A DNA stretch of 64,000 nucleotides, taken from IMG/VR virus record IMGVR_UViG_3300012122_000001, positions 1 to 64,000 of that record. The stretch is one strand, 5' to 3'. How positions within the stretch are numbered: position 1 is the stretch's first letter; each line of letters opens with the position of its first letter. Under the pieces are notes generated by a model. That model saw only the letters and a program-made list of their open reading frames with translations. It ran no database searches and was not told where the DNA came from. This DNA is from a virus. Its lineage: Duplodnaviria > Caudoviricetes. The position numbers and the translations under genes are program-made. Of this stretch, positions 9,403-17,868 are shown piece after piece.

Positions 9403-9663
9403 ATGGCGAAGCCCGACCGGGTGATGTTGCCCCAGGTTAAGGCGGTTTGCCCTGTCTCAGGTCTGATGATCGGGACAAAAAGGATCGACACACACTACTG
9501 TAGAGCCAGCCTTTGCGCCAACGGATCCGTTCACGTCTACTGCGTTCTCCACATGTTCAAGGGTTTCATTAGTCATCCCCAGATTCTGGAGGCTTGGAAT
9601 GTCGCCGAAGGCCACCTCAAAGCGCAAACCCCAGGAGTCCGCCCCGTCGTCCCCGGCAGATGA
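9403..9663 (+). CDS. small Cys/His-rich protein
   Basis: 86 aa, first gene after promoter. Confidence 0.5.
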   Translation: MAKPDRVMLPQVKAVCPVSGLMIGTKRIDTHYCRASLCANGSVHVYCVLHMFKGFISHPQILEAWNVAEGHLKAQTPGVRPVVPGR

Positions 9664-11617
9664 CCACGAACCCTTGGCACCGCCACCCGAAGCAGGGAAC
9701 GGACACTCCGGCGAAGAGGAGACCGAGACACCTCAGCCGGAAGAAGAGCCCGCGCAGGTCCAGGTCGTCATGAAGGGTTCCGACAGAGCGGTCCGCGCGG
9801 CGGCGGGTCGGCTGTCCGGCAGGTCGGCGAAGCCCGCACCCGTCGTGACCCCGGCGAATGAGCCCGAACCTCCCGACATCGATCCGAACGCGGACCTTCT
9901 CTCGGACGGGAAGAACATGGTGATCGTCACGCGGCAGTATCCGCGCGTGCTTCACACCCACCAGGGGAAAATTCCGACGAACACTCGCGTCGGCGGGAAG
10001 TACGGATGCCCGACGTCGATCTCCGAAATCGAGGCCGACGTCTTCGCGCGCTTCGGCGGCCGGAAGTACAAGTGCTCGATCCACCCCGACACGTCGAACT
10101 GGGAAAACACGATCCTGGGATCCTTCACGATCGAGCATCCGGATCCGGATTCGGAGCCGTACATCGAAGGGATCACCGACGTCGAGCCTCCCCGCGATGA
10201 GCCGGAGATTCCGTCCGGCACCGATCCGACTCTTCACGAGACGGATCAGCTCGTCAAGCTTCGCCAGGACGCGGAGCGCCGCATCGAGCGCGCCCGCCTT
10301 CGGAAAGAGGCGATGACGATGGAGCGCGAGGCGAAGCGCCTGGAGGCAGAGCTCGACGAGGACACGAACGGCAAGCCCGCGCCCCAGGTCCCGGTCGGCG
10401 AGTCGGAGGAAGTGAAGAAGCTCCGCGCGGATCTCGCCGCGACCCAGGCGGCGCTCGCAGAAAAGAAAGTCAACGATCGCTTCGACAAGCTGGAGGACTC
10501 GATCACGAAGCTCGCGACGGCGATCGCGACGAGCGCGACGGCGAAGCCCGCGGTGTCCAGCGACGAATCCTTCGCGATGCAGATGGTCAAACAGAGCCAG
10601 CAGCATTCGAAGGATATGATGGAGTTCATGAAGAGCGCCGCCAAGCCTCCCGCGGCGCCGGAGACCCTTGATGCGATGCTGGAGCGCCAGATCAAACTGA
10701 ACTCCGCCTTCGGAAAGAAGGAGGACTCCAGGATGACGCAGTTCCAGGAGCGTCTGATCGAGGACGCCCTGGACAGACTGACGAACGGCAGCGGCGACGA
10801 GCGCGGAGGCGAGCCCGACGAGGAGCAGGACGTCATCAAGTACGGCATCAAGCAGCTCACGCCGGTCCTCAAGACCTACGTCGAGAAGGTCATGGAGAAG
10901 GAAGCCGCGGGCGGCGCCGCCGTCACGCCGGAGCGCGTGAAGGAGATCTACGCCGAACAGGCTGCGAAGGTCGCACGAGAGCTCGAAGCGAAGATGCGCG
11001 CGGACGGAATGCGGATCGCCGTCGGTCCGGACGGGAAGACGATGGCGCTTCCGGCGCCCAGGGGCAAGGGAGCCGTCGTTCCTCCGCGTCACGCGGGGAC
11101 GAAAGTCGTCTCGCAGCACCGGACGTCGGAGGGCGTGGTCAAGACCGTCCACGTCACTCCGGAGAACATGAAGAAGAAGGAAGAAGAACCGAAGCTGGAG
11201 GGAGACGACGTGGTCAAGTTTGCCGAGTTCCCTGGGATCGGAGACAACGGCGGCACGCTGAAGATCCCGATTCCTCCGCCCCCAGGCGATCTGAAGTACG
11301 ATCGCAAGGGCGTCGTCAACTTCATCCTCGACTCGATCCGGTCCGAGATCCGTCAGCAGATCCCGCAGAACACTCCGAACGATTCGTTCGTGCCGGGTGA
11401 TGCGCTCGAACTGCTCGACGCCGAGATCCTGGACCGCATCGCGAAGGTCGACTCCGGCGAACAGGTCGAGAAGATCCTCGCCGAGTGGGGCGATCAGAAG
11501 AAGATCGACGAGATCAAGGCGGCGGGCAACGACGAAGCCGTCAAGTCCTGGCTCCGGCGCCTCGTCATCACGATCGGAGACGCTTACCGGAGCGCGGTGC
11601 AGGGGAAGGGCGCGTAA
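9599..11617 (+). CDS. large hypothetical protein with disordered N-terminus and coiled coil
   Basis: 672-aa ORF with typical codon usage; Pro/Glu-rich start, heptad region; no Walker motif. Confidence 0.8.
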   Translation: MSPKATSKRKPQESAPSSPADDHEPLAPPPEAGNGHSGEEETETPQPEEEPAQVQVVMKGSDRAVRAAAGRLSGRSAKPAPVVTPANEPEPPDIDPNADLLSDGKNMVIVTRQYPRVLHTHQGKIPTNTRVGGKYGCPTSISEIEADVFARFGGRKYKCSIHPDTSNWENTILGSFTIEHPDPDSEPYIEGITDVEPPRDEPEIPSGTDPTLHETDQLVKLRQDAERRIERARLRKEAMTMEREAKRLEAELDEDTNGKPAPQVPVGESEEVKKLRADLAATQAALAEKKVNDRFDKLEDSITKLATAIATSATAKPAVSSDESFAMQMVKQSQQHSKDMMEFMKSAAKPPAAPETLDAMLERQIKLNSAFGKKEDSRMTQFQERLIEDALDRLTNGSGDERGGEPDEEQDVIKYGIKQLTPVLKTYVEKVMEKEAAGGAAVTPERVKEIYAEQAAKVARELEAKMRADGMRIAVGPDGKTMALPAPRGKGAVVPPRHAGTKVVSQHRTSEGVVKTVHVTPENMKKKEEEPKLEGDDVVKFAEFPGIGDNGGTLKIPIPPPPGDLKYDRKGVVNFILDSIRSEIRQQIPQNTPNDSFVPGDALELLDAEILDRIAKVDSGEQVEKILAEWGDQKKIDEIKAAGNDEAVKSWLRRLVITIGDAYRSAVQGKGA

Positions 11618-11620
11618 CGA

Positions 11621-11914
11621 ATGGCGGCGGACGACGTCGATCCGCAGATCAAGGCGCAGCGAGACCGGATCATCAAGGCGTTCGAGACGATCGGGTTATC
11701 GACGGCGAAGCTTCATGCGGCGACGGACCAGCAGGTCCAGGCAATCGGAGCACTTTTCGAAGCGATCGCAAAGGACAAGGACGGTCTGATCTGCGCGATC
11801 GACGATTTGATCGTCGAGATCCAGGGACTTCGGCAGGACGTGCGCGCGATCGCCAAGGCGACCGGCATCCAGGCGGGGCTCGCCTCGCTGTTCGGAGCCG
11901 CGAGGAGACGCTGA
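11621..11914 (+). CDS. small coiled-coil protein
   Basis: 97 aa, heptads, hydrophobic/basic C-terminus. Confidence 0.65.
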   Translation: MAADDVDPQIKAQRDRIIKAFETIGLSTAKLHAATDQQVQAIGALFEAIAKDKDGLICAIDDLIVEIQGLRQDVRAIAKATGIQAGLASLFGAARRR

Positions 11915-11929
11915 GGTTTCGTTTATCAC

Positions 11930-11958
11930 TTGACATAGGATTCACAGTAGAGCAAAAT
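11930..11958 (+). promoter_or_regulatory. sigma70-like promoter
   Basis: Perfect TTGACA, 17-nt spacer, CAAAAT. Confidence 0.5.
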
Positions 11959-11960
11959 GT

Positions 11961-12028
11961 TATTCGTAGATCGGCAGAGAAGCTCGTAGGAGCAGAATAG
12001 GCCGCGGCGAAAGTCGCGGCTTTTTTTT
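11961..12028 (+). ncRNA. candidate small RNA or attenuator leader
   Basis: About 65 nt between promoter and intrinsic terminator; TATTC/GAATA encloses a GCTC-GTAG-GAGC hairpin. Confidence 0.35.
12001..12028 (+). terminator. intrinsic terminator
   Basis: GCCGCGGC-GAAA-GTCGCGGC followed by T8. Confidence 0.85.
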
Positions 12029-12049
12029 ATGGGCCGAGATGGGGAAGAG

Positions 12050-12220
12050 ATGACGACGGTGATCTGCCCGAAGTGCGGACGTTTCGCACTGAAGGGTAGG
12101 TTCCAGATCGTCGAGACCATCTGCAACGACCGCGATTGTCGCGCGAACTTCGTTGTAGAGGTGCTCGCGGACGGATCGACCGCGATCCGGACTCTTCCCC
12201 GACAGAAGGTTAAGGCGTAG
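12050..12220 (+). CDS. Mu Com-like zinc-ribbon regulator
   Basis: VICPKCGRFALKG...VETICNDRDC resembles Com pattern (I.C..C.+.L.+....iEi.C..C). Confidence 0.5.
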   Translation: MTTVICPKCGRFALKGRFQIVETICNDRDCRANFVVEVLADGSTAIRTLPRQKVKA

Positions 12221-12234
12221 GGTCCACCAGGGCA

Positions 12235-12364
12235 GACGGACCGAGGCCGCGCAACGCGGAGTTGACCTCGAAATGGTCCGTTCGTCTCACAACGGCGCCG
12301 CGCTCCGCGCATCTCATTCCTTCGTTCCTTCTTCTTCCTTGGGGCCCCGCGTCTCCGCGCGGGG
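12235..12364 (+). other. structured leader upstream of protease gene
   Basis: Nested stems ACGGACC/GGTCCGT, CGAGG/CCTCG, CCGCG-CAA-CGCGG; second hairpin CCCCGCG/CGCGGGG; pyrimidine-rich, no SD before ATG 12392. Confidence 0.4.
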
Positions 12365-12391
12365 TTCCTTCAATTTTCTTCCGGTGCCTCG

Positions 12392-13933
12392 ATGAGCTCG
12401 ACCGTCGAAGGGCTCGAGCGCGGAGTCATCGGCACGGACAAAACCATCCAGAGAATGCACCGTCTGGTCGCGCTGGGAAAGCTCGACCCGACGATCCAGA
12501 AGATCGCGACCTGGATCCGCCTGGGCGTGCCCAAGGACGTGCGCGCCTCGACGAAGCTCGCGGCCGACGCGATCTTCAACTGGGTTCAGAAGCACGGTCT
12601 CTTCCAGCGCGACCCGTTCCAGATCGAGAAGATCGAGCATCCTATCGAAGCGATGCGGCCGATCATCGAGGCGCGCAAGGCCGGGACGTACACCGGACCG
12701 GCGCTCTTCGTCGGCGACTGCGACACGATGGCGGGCGTGTACACGGCGAGTTTGCTCGGCGTGCTCGGCTTCCAGTATTCCTTCGAAACCGCCAAGGTCG
12801 ATCCGGATCGCCCCGACGAGTTCTCTCACGTCTGGGTCTCCGCGCGGATCGGGAACGAGTGGTACCCGCTCGACCCGTCGACGCGCGGGGCATATCCCGG
12901 CTGGCGTCCTCCGGTCAAGCCGGAGCAGTTCAAACGCTGGCCGGAGGGACCGATCGAAGACGTCGTGAAAGGGTCCGACATGAGCGCATTCAACAGCGGC
13001 ATGGGGGATAACGGAGAAGACGAAGGCGGCGACGAGCCCGTCATCGAGAACAACGATTCCCCCCTCACCGGAGTCGACGCCGAGTACGCCCAGGACTACA
13101 TCGGATACGGGATCCCCAGGGACTTCGGCAGCGGCCCAGGCGTGATCCCGCCCGGCAACTTCGAGAGCCTCCAGCTCCTTCCGCCGCACGACACGCAGAT
13201 CCCGGCGGCCGACCTGGAGCGGGACATGCATCTGCTCAAGGCGGCGCCGCGCCTGGACCCGTCCGAACGGATCCAGAGCCTCGCCGGTCAGCCGAACGAC
13301 CACGGCAACCCCTACTATCGCGGGGGTGGTCGCCAGCCCTACATCAAGGTCGAGCGCAAGATGTACCCGCCCGGCTCGCGCTGGAACGAGCCGTACGGCA
13401 AGGACACCATCCGCTACCAGAAAACCGACAAGTACATTTCCGTCAAGAGTCCCGAAACACCCGAAAGACGAGTGGAGGTCAAGATGGACCAGCCGATGCT
13501 GATCCGCAGGAGAAACGTCATGACGCCCCCTCAGCGGATCCCGTTCGGCGCAATGGACGGCATGGGCGACATCGATCCCAATACCGGGATCATGACCTTC
13601 GGCTCGACGCCCGCGCCCACGGCGACGCAGACGGCAGCGGCGACCGCCGGAACGTCCGTCTGGGATTCGATCCTGGGCGCATTCTCGTCCGTCGCGAAGG
13701 CCGCCGGAACGATCGTTCCGTCGGTGCTCCAGTCGAAGACCGCGCAGGCCGTCGCGAGCGCGACGAACCGTCTCGCGGGCTCGAACGTGCTGACGGCCGG
13801 GCAGCTCACCAACCCGACGCCCTGGTACAAGAACCCCGTCACGATCGGCCTGGGGCTCGCCACGCTCGGCGGCCTGGGCTACGTCGTCATCAAGATGCGC
13901 CCCGGCATGGGCGGCCGGAGGCGTCGCCGGTAG
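12392..13933 (+). CDS. transglutaminase-like (papain-fold) cysteine protease with C-terminal membrane anchor; candidate virion maturation protease
   Basis: Cys-His-Asp triad in GDCDTMA, FSHVW, WYPLDPS; C-terminal TM (VTIGLGLATLGGLGYVVI) plus RRRRR. Confidence 0.8.
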   Translation: MSSTVEGLERGVIGTDKTIQRMHRLVALGKLDPTIQKIATWIRLGVPKDVRASTKLAADAIFNWVQKHGLFQRDPFQIEKIEHPIEAMRPIIEARKAGTYTGPALFVGDCDTMAGVYTASLLGVLGFQYSFETAKVDPDRPDEFSHVWVSARIGNEWYPLDPSTRGAYPGWRPPVKPEQFKRWPEGPIEDVVKGSDMSAFNSGMGDNGEDEGGDEPVIENNDSPLTGVDAEYAQDYIGYGIPRDFGSGPGVIPPGNFESLQLLPPHDTQIPAADLERDMHLLKAAPRLDPSERIQSLAGQPNDHGNPYYRGGGRQPYIKVERKMYPPGSRWNEPYGKDTIRYQKTDKYISVKSPETPERRVEVKMDQPMLIRRRNVMTPPQRIPFGAMDGMGDIDPNTGIMTFGSTPAPTATQTAAATAGTSVWDSILGAFSSVAKAAGTIVPSVLQSKTAQAVASATNRLAGSNVLTAGQLTNPTPWYKNPVTIGLGLATLGGLGYVVIKMRPGMGGRRRRR

Positions 13934-13938
13934 GTTCG

Positions 13939-14220
13939 ATGCGCTACATCCGCTACGTCAAGAGACCCGGCATCGGAGATTCCGTCACCGACGGACTCAC
14001 GACCGGCTTCACCGCTTCGGTCGCCGAGGCCCTGGAGCCGAAGATCCGGACCATCCTGAAGGAGGACATCCTTCCCATGGTGATGGTGGGTCTCGTCGCG
14101 GGCGCCGTAGCGGCGTCGGTCATCGGATCCTGGTTCGCTTCGCGCCCCTCGCGGTCCGGAGTCCGGTCGAACCCGGTCTCCAGGATCCACATCCCTCTGC
14201 GTCGCCGGAGGACCGCATGA
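13939..14220 (+). CDS. small virion membrane protein
   Basis: One TM, GIGD and RSNP motifs, basic tail; ATGA coupling. Confidence 0.7.
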   Translation: MRYIRYVKRPGIGDSVTDGLTTGFTASVAEALEPKIRTILKEDILPMVMVGLVAGAVAASVIGSWFASRPSRSGVRSNPVSRIHIPLRRRRTA

Positions 14221-17200
14221 GCTACCAGGATCTCAAGTCCAGGATGGTCGCGCACCTCAAGAAGTGGGCGCGTGGAATGGTTGATTCCGGCGAGGGCATG
14301 AACTTCAGCATCGAGTCGGCGATTTACTGGTTCGCGAACGACTACCACAACGGCGGCGGAAGCGAGCTCTACCAGATCCTCTCGACCTCGAAATTTCGTC
14401 CCGGTCCGTCTCATCGGTCGGTCGACGATGAAGGCGACGAGATCGACAAAATGATGTACGAGGAGCTGGAGCGGTACTTCATCCCAAAAGGAAGAGCGAG
14501 GAACAACGGTCACACGGGCGTTCGAAAGAACCCTCCGTCCTTCATCCTGATCGACAAAGAGACCGGACTCGTCGTGTACACGAAGCGGGCGACCGGCGTC
14601 GGCAGCGCAGCGATCTCGGCTTGCGTGAAGCGTGGTCACGAGCTCGCGGACCAGCACAACCGCGTCTACACCGTCTTCCTGGACATCCGCGGCCTCTCTC
14701 GTGGCATGAAGGTCCATGTCCCGGCGATCTATGCGCTCGGGATCACCGAAGAGATCCATCCGGGCGGTCAGTCCGTCCGTCCGAATTCTCGCGGCGCCGT
14801 ACGGAAGAACATCTTCACCTTCAACAATCCGAAGCTGAAGTTCAGCGATCTCTCGGTCGGCGAGACGTTCGTGTTCGCCTCCCAGGACGATCCCAAGTTC
14901 CTGACCAGCGGAATGGCGCGCGGTCCGTGGATCAAGCGCAGCGCCAGGACGTACGAACACGTCGACGACGTCGGCAAGCAGATCTCGGAGCGGAGGTACG
15001 GCGGCGGCCATATCGCCGTCGGAAGCGCCTCCGTCGGAGTGAAGCGCATGAGCCTCGGACGGGAACTGCCGAAGCTCTGCCCTCACTGCGACGCCTCGTA
15101 TATCGGCACGCCCCAGATGCACAAGTTCGAGTGCGCTCCCCAGGGCGGAGCGAACCTGTACCAGGAGAACCCGCGCCGCAGATCCGCTCGTCGGAACCCC
15201 ACGATGGGATCCTACGAGGTCTTCGTCGGGAACATCGGGCAGGTCTACGACGGGAACGATCGGGCGAAGGCGCAGCACTCCTTCGACTACTACGTCGCCA
15301 TGTCGAAGCGTACCAGCGGTCGCGCGAGCGGCGAGGATGTCGCCCTCCTCTGTGAAGGCGAACTCAGCCAGGAGTACATCGGAAGCAAGGGACGCGAGCG
15401 CGGAGATCATCGGCGCGGCGTCCGCCGGAACATCTTCACCTTCAACAATCCTCCGTCCGGCCCGGCAGATCCGGCCGCGGCGCGCGAGCTCGAGGTCTAC
15501 ATCGAGAACGACGCCGACCTCTACCGGCAGCAGTTCGTCCCGATCGTGAAGAATCTGATGCTGAAGCGCCGGAAGGGCGTCTACAACCGCGAGCTGGCGG
15601 TCAAGCTCTTCATGTACCTGATGGACGCGGGCGCGAAGAAGTACGTCGCCGAGTACGTCCGCTCGTCGTCGCCCGGCGCGCCGATGCCGAAGATCGACGG
15701 CACCTTCAACAAGAACACGCGCCTGATGGCCGCGCGGTCCTTCCTGGAGTCCTTCGAAGGCGAGGCGGAGCTCGGGAACTACGACCGGATGATCGGTCCG
15801 GTCTCGAACCCTCGGGGGGCAAACGTGCGGAAGAATATCTTCACCTTCAACAACCCGAAGCAGCGTCCTCTGAACGAGATGGAGAACGCTGCCAGTCTGG
15901 TCGGCCTGACCGTCACGACCTGGGCGCCGGGCGACGGCGTGACGCGCTACCGCTTCTTCAAGGCAGGCGGAAGTCGGTACGCCGACTATCACCAGGGCGG
16001 CGCTCTCTACACGGCGCTCGGCCGGAAGGAAGCGATCGCGTTCATCAAGTCGTACGGCGTCGGCCGTAGCCGGATGAATCCGCTGAACCAGAAAGAAATC
16101 GAGCAGATGCGCGATCGCGAGAGGTTCTACGTCGGTCGCTCTCAGAAGTACGGTTCCGAGGGGAAGGAAGCGGATGCCGCTCACTTCCGAGGCGCCGCGC
16201 AGGAGAGTCGGAACATTCGCGAGCGTCACCATGCCAAGGGCACGGATTGGTGGCCGAATCCCCCTGTCTGCTCGAACCCGCTCGTCCGCGGCGACAAGCT
16301 TCCTCACAACCTCCGGATGGAAGTGCGGAATCGGTTCATCTACCGCTGGACGTCCGACAACGATCGTCGCGCCGAAGTCTACGGCCTCTGCCCGCACTGC
16401 AAGACGCGGGGCGGGAAGCCCTCCGAGACCAACATCGCTTGCCGTCAGGTCCACCCGACGATCCCGCTTCAGACGGACGAGCAGTGGCTCAAGACGCACG
16501 CCTTCCACGTCACGAAGGCGGGTCGTCTCAGCGAGCGGCATAACCATGCGGAGCCGGGCTACATGGCCGACGACGAGACCAGGAAGAATCCGATGTCGCG
16601 CCGCGAAGCCGCAGGAGAGATCCGGGAGATCCGCGGCGCGAGAAGCAAGATGCGCTACTTCCATCGGCTCGGCCGTCCGGAAGCTGCCGAGTTCCAGGAC
16701 GGATACGCTCACGGAGTCGCAGGAGCGGTTTACCGCCGCGGTCCGAAGTCCGCGCGTCGTGTCGTCGATCGCGCGGTCCGCTCGAATCCGCTCCTCCAGA
16801 CCGTGATGCTGGCGAATCCTGGATCGGTGAAGACTTTCAGCGAGATGCAGGACGTGGGCAAGGCGAAGTACGTTGTGAACTATCACGACGGAGTGAAGGT
16901 GCATCGCGACGGTAGCCCGTTTTTCGACATCGCCATTTTCAGCAATCGGGCTAAGAAAGATCAGTTCGTCAGGAAGTTGGAGAGCCTTGGATTTACTCGG
17001 GGCGCCCTTCGGAACCCGCCGATCTCCACGCAGTGGGATCGGATGACGCGCCGCCAGCGCGAGGCGCTCCTGGAGATCGTCGGCTACGATCGTGACTTCT
17101 CCGGCGGCATGACGCTGTCCACCTGGGGCGCGCTCTCTCCCGCCGCGAAGCGGAAGCTCGAGGCTCAGTGGCTCGACACGACGTCAAGCGGCGGAACGAC

Positions 17201-17858
17201 GCGCCGTCGGCGCCGCTCGCCGGTCGCGGTGAATCCGCTGACCAGGAAAGAAGCCGCGTCGACGGTCAGAAGCGCAAAGTTCGACCTTCGATACGGGTCG
17301 GCGTTCGCGCCCGGACACACGCGATCCGGCTCGGCCGGTCGCGCGTTCGGGAAGGCAACGGTCGTTCGTGACTTCGGCCCCAGGTCAGCCGGTCGGGCCG
17401 CGAGCAAGATCATGAAGCGTTCCGTCGACCTGACGCACGCCGTTCGTACGAACCCCGGCATCAAGTACCCGAAACCCGGCACGAAGATGACCGTCGCCCA
17501 GGCGATGGACCTCGCGCGCCGGATCGGCAACAAGGATCTGATCAAGCAGTGCGAGGAAGCCGCGAAGCTCCAGAAGGTCGCGAACCGCGGCGCGAAGGTC
17601 GTCATCTGGAAGGAGCTGCCGATCGGCTCGCCGAACAAGATCGACATGGTGACGGCCTTCGCCCATTACGGCGACTCTCCGGAGACGATGTACCGGCCGC
17701 CGAAGGGCTCGAAGAAGGGCCCGCATATGTACCGCCACAAATGGGGCGAGGGAACCGGCAAGAAGAAGTCCGTGCCGATCCTGGCGGCGCCCGGCGGCAA
17801 AGCACTCATCACGCTGATGGGCAGCGACCAGAAGACCGGCGATTGGATGAGAGGCTAG
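14217..17858 (+). CDS. modular polyvalent protein, about 13 small domains separated by Asn-Pro linkers
   Basis: 1213 aa; 16 NP dipeptides counted, mostly R-x-N-P or hydrophobic-(A/N)-N-P, spaced about 60-110 aa. Confidence 0.85.
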   Translation: MSYQDLKSRMVAHLKKWARGMVDSGEGMNFSIESAIYWFANDYHNGGGSELYQILSTSKFRPGPSHRSVDDEGDEIDKMMYEELERYFIPKGRARNNGHTGVRKNPPSFILIDKETGLVVYTKRATGVGSAAISACVKRGHELADQHNRVYTVFLDIRGLSRGMKVHVPAIYALGITEEIHPGGQSVRPNSRGAVRKNIFTFNNPKLKFSDLSVGETFVFASQDDPKFLTSGMARGPWIKRSARTYEHVDDVGKQISERRYGGGHIAVGSASVGVKRMSLGRELPKLCPHCDASYIGTPQMHKFECAPQGGANLYQENPRRRSARRNPTMGSYEVFVGNIGQVYDGNDRAKAQHSFDYYVAMSKRTSGRASGEDVALLCEGELSQEYIGSKGRERGDHRRGVRRNIFTFNNPPSGPADPAAARELEVYIENDADLYRQQFVPIVKNLMLKRRKGVYNRELAVKLFMYLMDAGAKKYVAEYVRSSSPGAPMPKIDGTFNKNTRLMAARSFLESFEGEAELGNYDRMIGPVSNPRGANVRKNIFTFNNPKQRPLNEMENAASLVGLTVTTWAPGDGVTRYRFFKAGGSRYADYHQGGALYTALGRKEAIAFIKSYGVGRSRMNPLNQKEIEQMRDRERFYVGRSQKYGSEGKEADAAHFRGAAQESRNIRERHHAKGTDWWPNPPVCSNPLVRGDKLPHNLRMEVRNRFIYRWTSDNDRRAEVYGLCPHCKTRGGKPSETNIACRQVHPTIPLQTDEQWLKTHAFHVTKAGRLSERHNHAEPGYMADDETRKNPMSRREAAGEIREIRGARSKMRYFHRLGRPEAAEFQDGYAHGVAGAVYRRGPKSARRVVDRAVRSNPLLQTVMLANPGSVKTFSEMQDVGKAKYVVNYHDGVKVHRDGSPFFDIAIFSNRAKKDQFVRKLESLGFTRGALRNPPISTQWDRMTRRQREALLEIVGYDRDFSGGMTLSTWGALSPAAKRKLEAQWLDTTSSGGTTRRRRRSPVAVNPLTRKEAASTVRSAKFDLRYGSAFAPGHTRSGSAGRAFGKATVVRDFGPRSAGRAASKIMKRSVDLTHAVRTNPGIKYPKPGTKMTVAQAMDLARRIGNKDLIKQCEEAAKLQKVANRGAKVVIWKELPIGSPNKIDMVTAFAHYGDSPETMYRPPKGSKKGPHMYRHKWGEGTGKKKSVPILAAPGGKALITLMGSDQKTGDWMRG
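14802..14831 (+). repeat. in-frame linker repeat RKNIFTFNNP, copy 1
   Basis: cgg aag aac atc ttc acc ttc aac aat ccg. Confidence 0.9.
15423..15452 (+). repeat. in-frame linker repeat RRNIFTFNNP, copy 2
   Basis: cgc cgg aac atc ttc acc ttc aac aat cct. Confidence 0.9.
15828..15857 (+). repeat. in-frame linker repeat RKNIFTFNNP, copy 3
   Basis: cgg aag aat atc ttc acc ttc aac aac ccg. Confidence 0.9.
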
Positions 17859-17868
17859 GAGAATTCAC

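Noticed and set aside
12392-13933. Direct homology of the maturation system to adenovirus
   Set aside because: Catalytic order is Cys-His-Asp (transglutaminase/papain-like) rather than His-Glu-Cys; parallels are treated as analogy only
14802-15857. 30-bp repeats as a CRISPR array
   Set aside because: Spacing is about 620 and 400 bp, in frame, with synonymous variation; no cas genes
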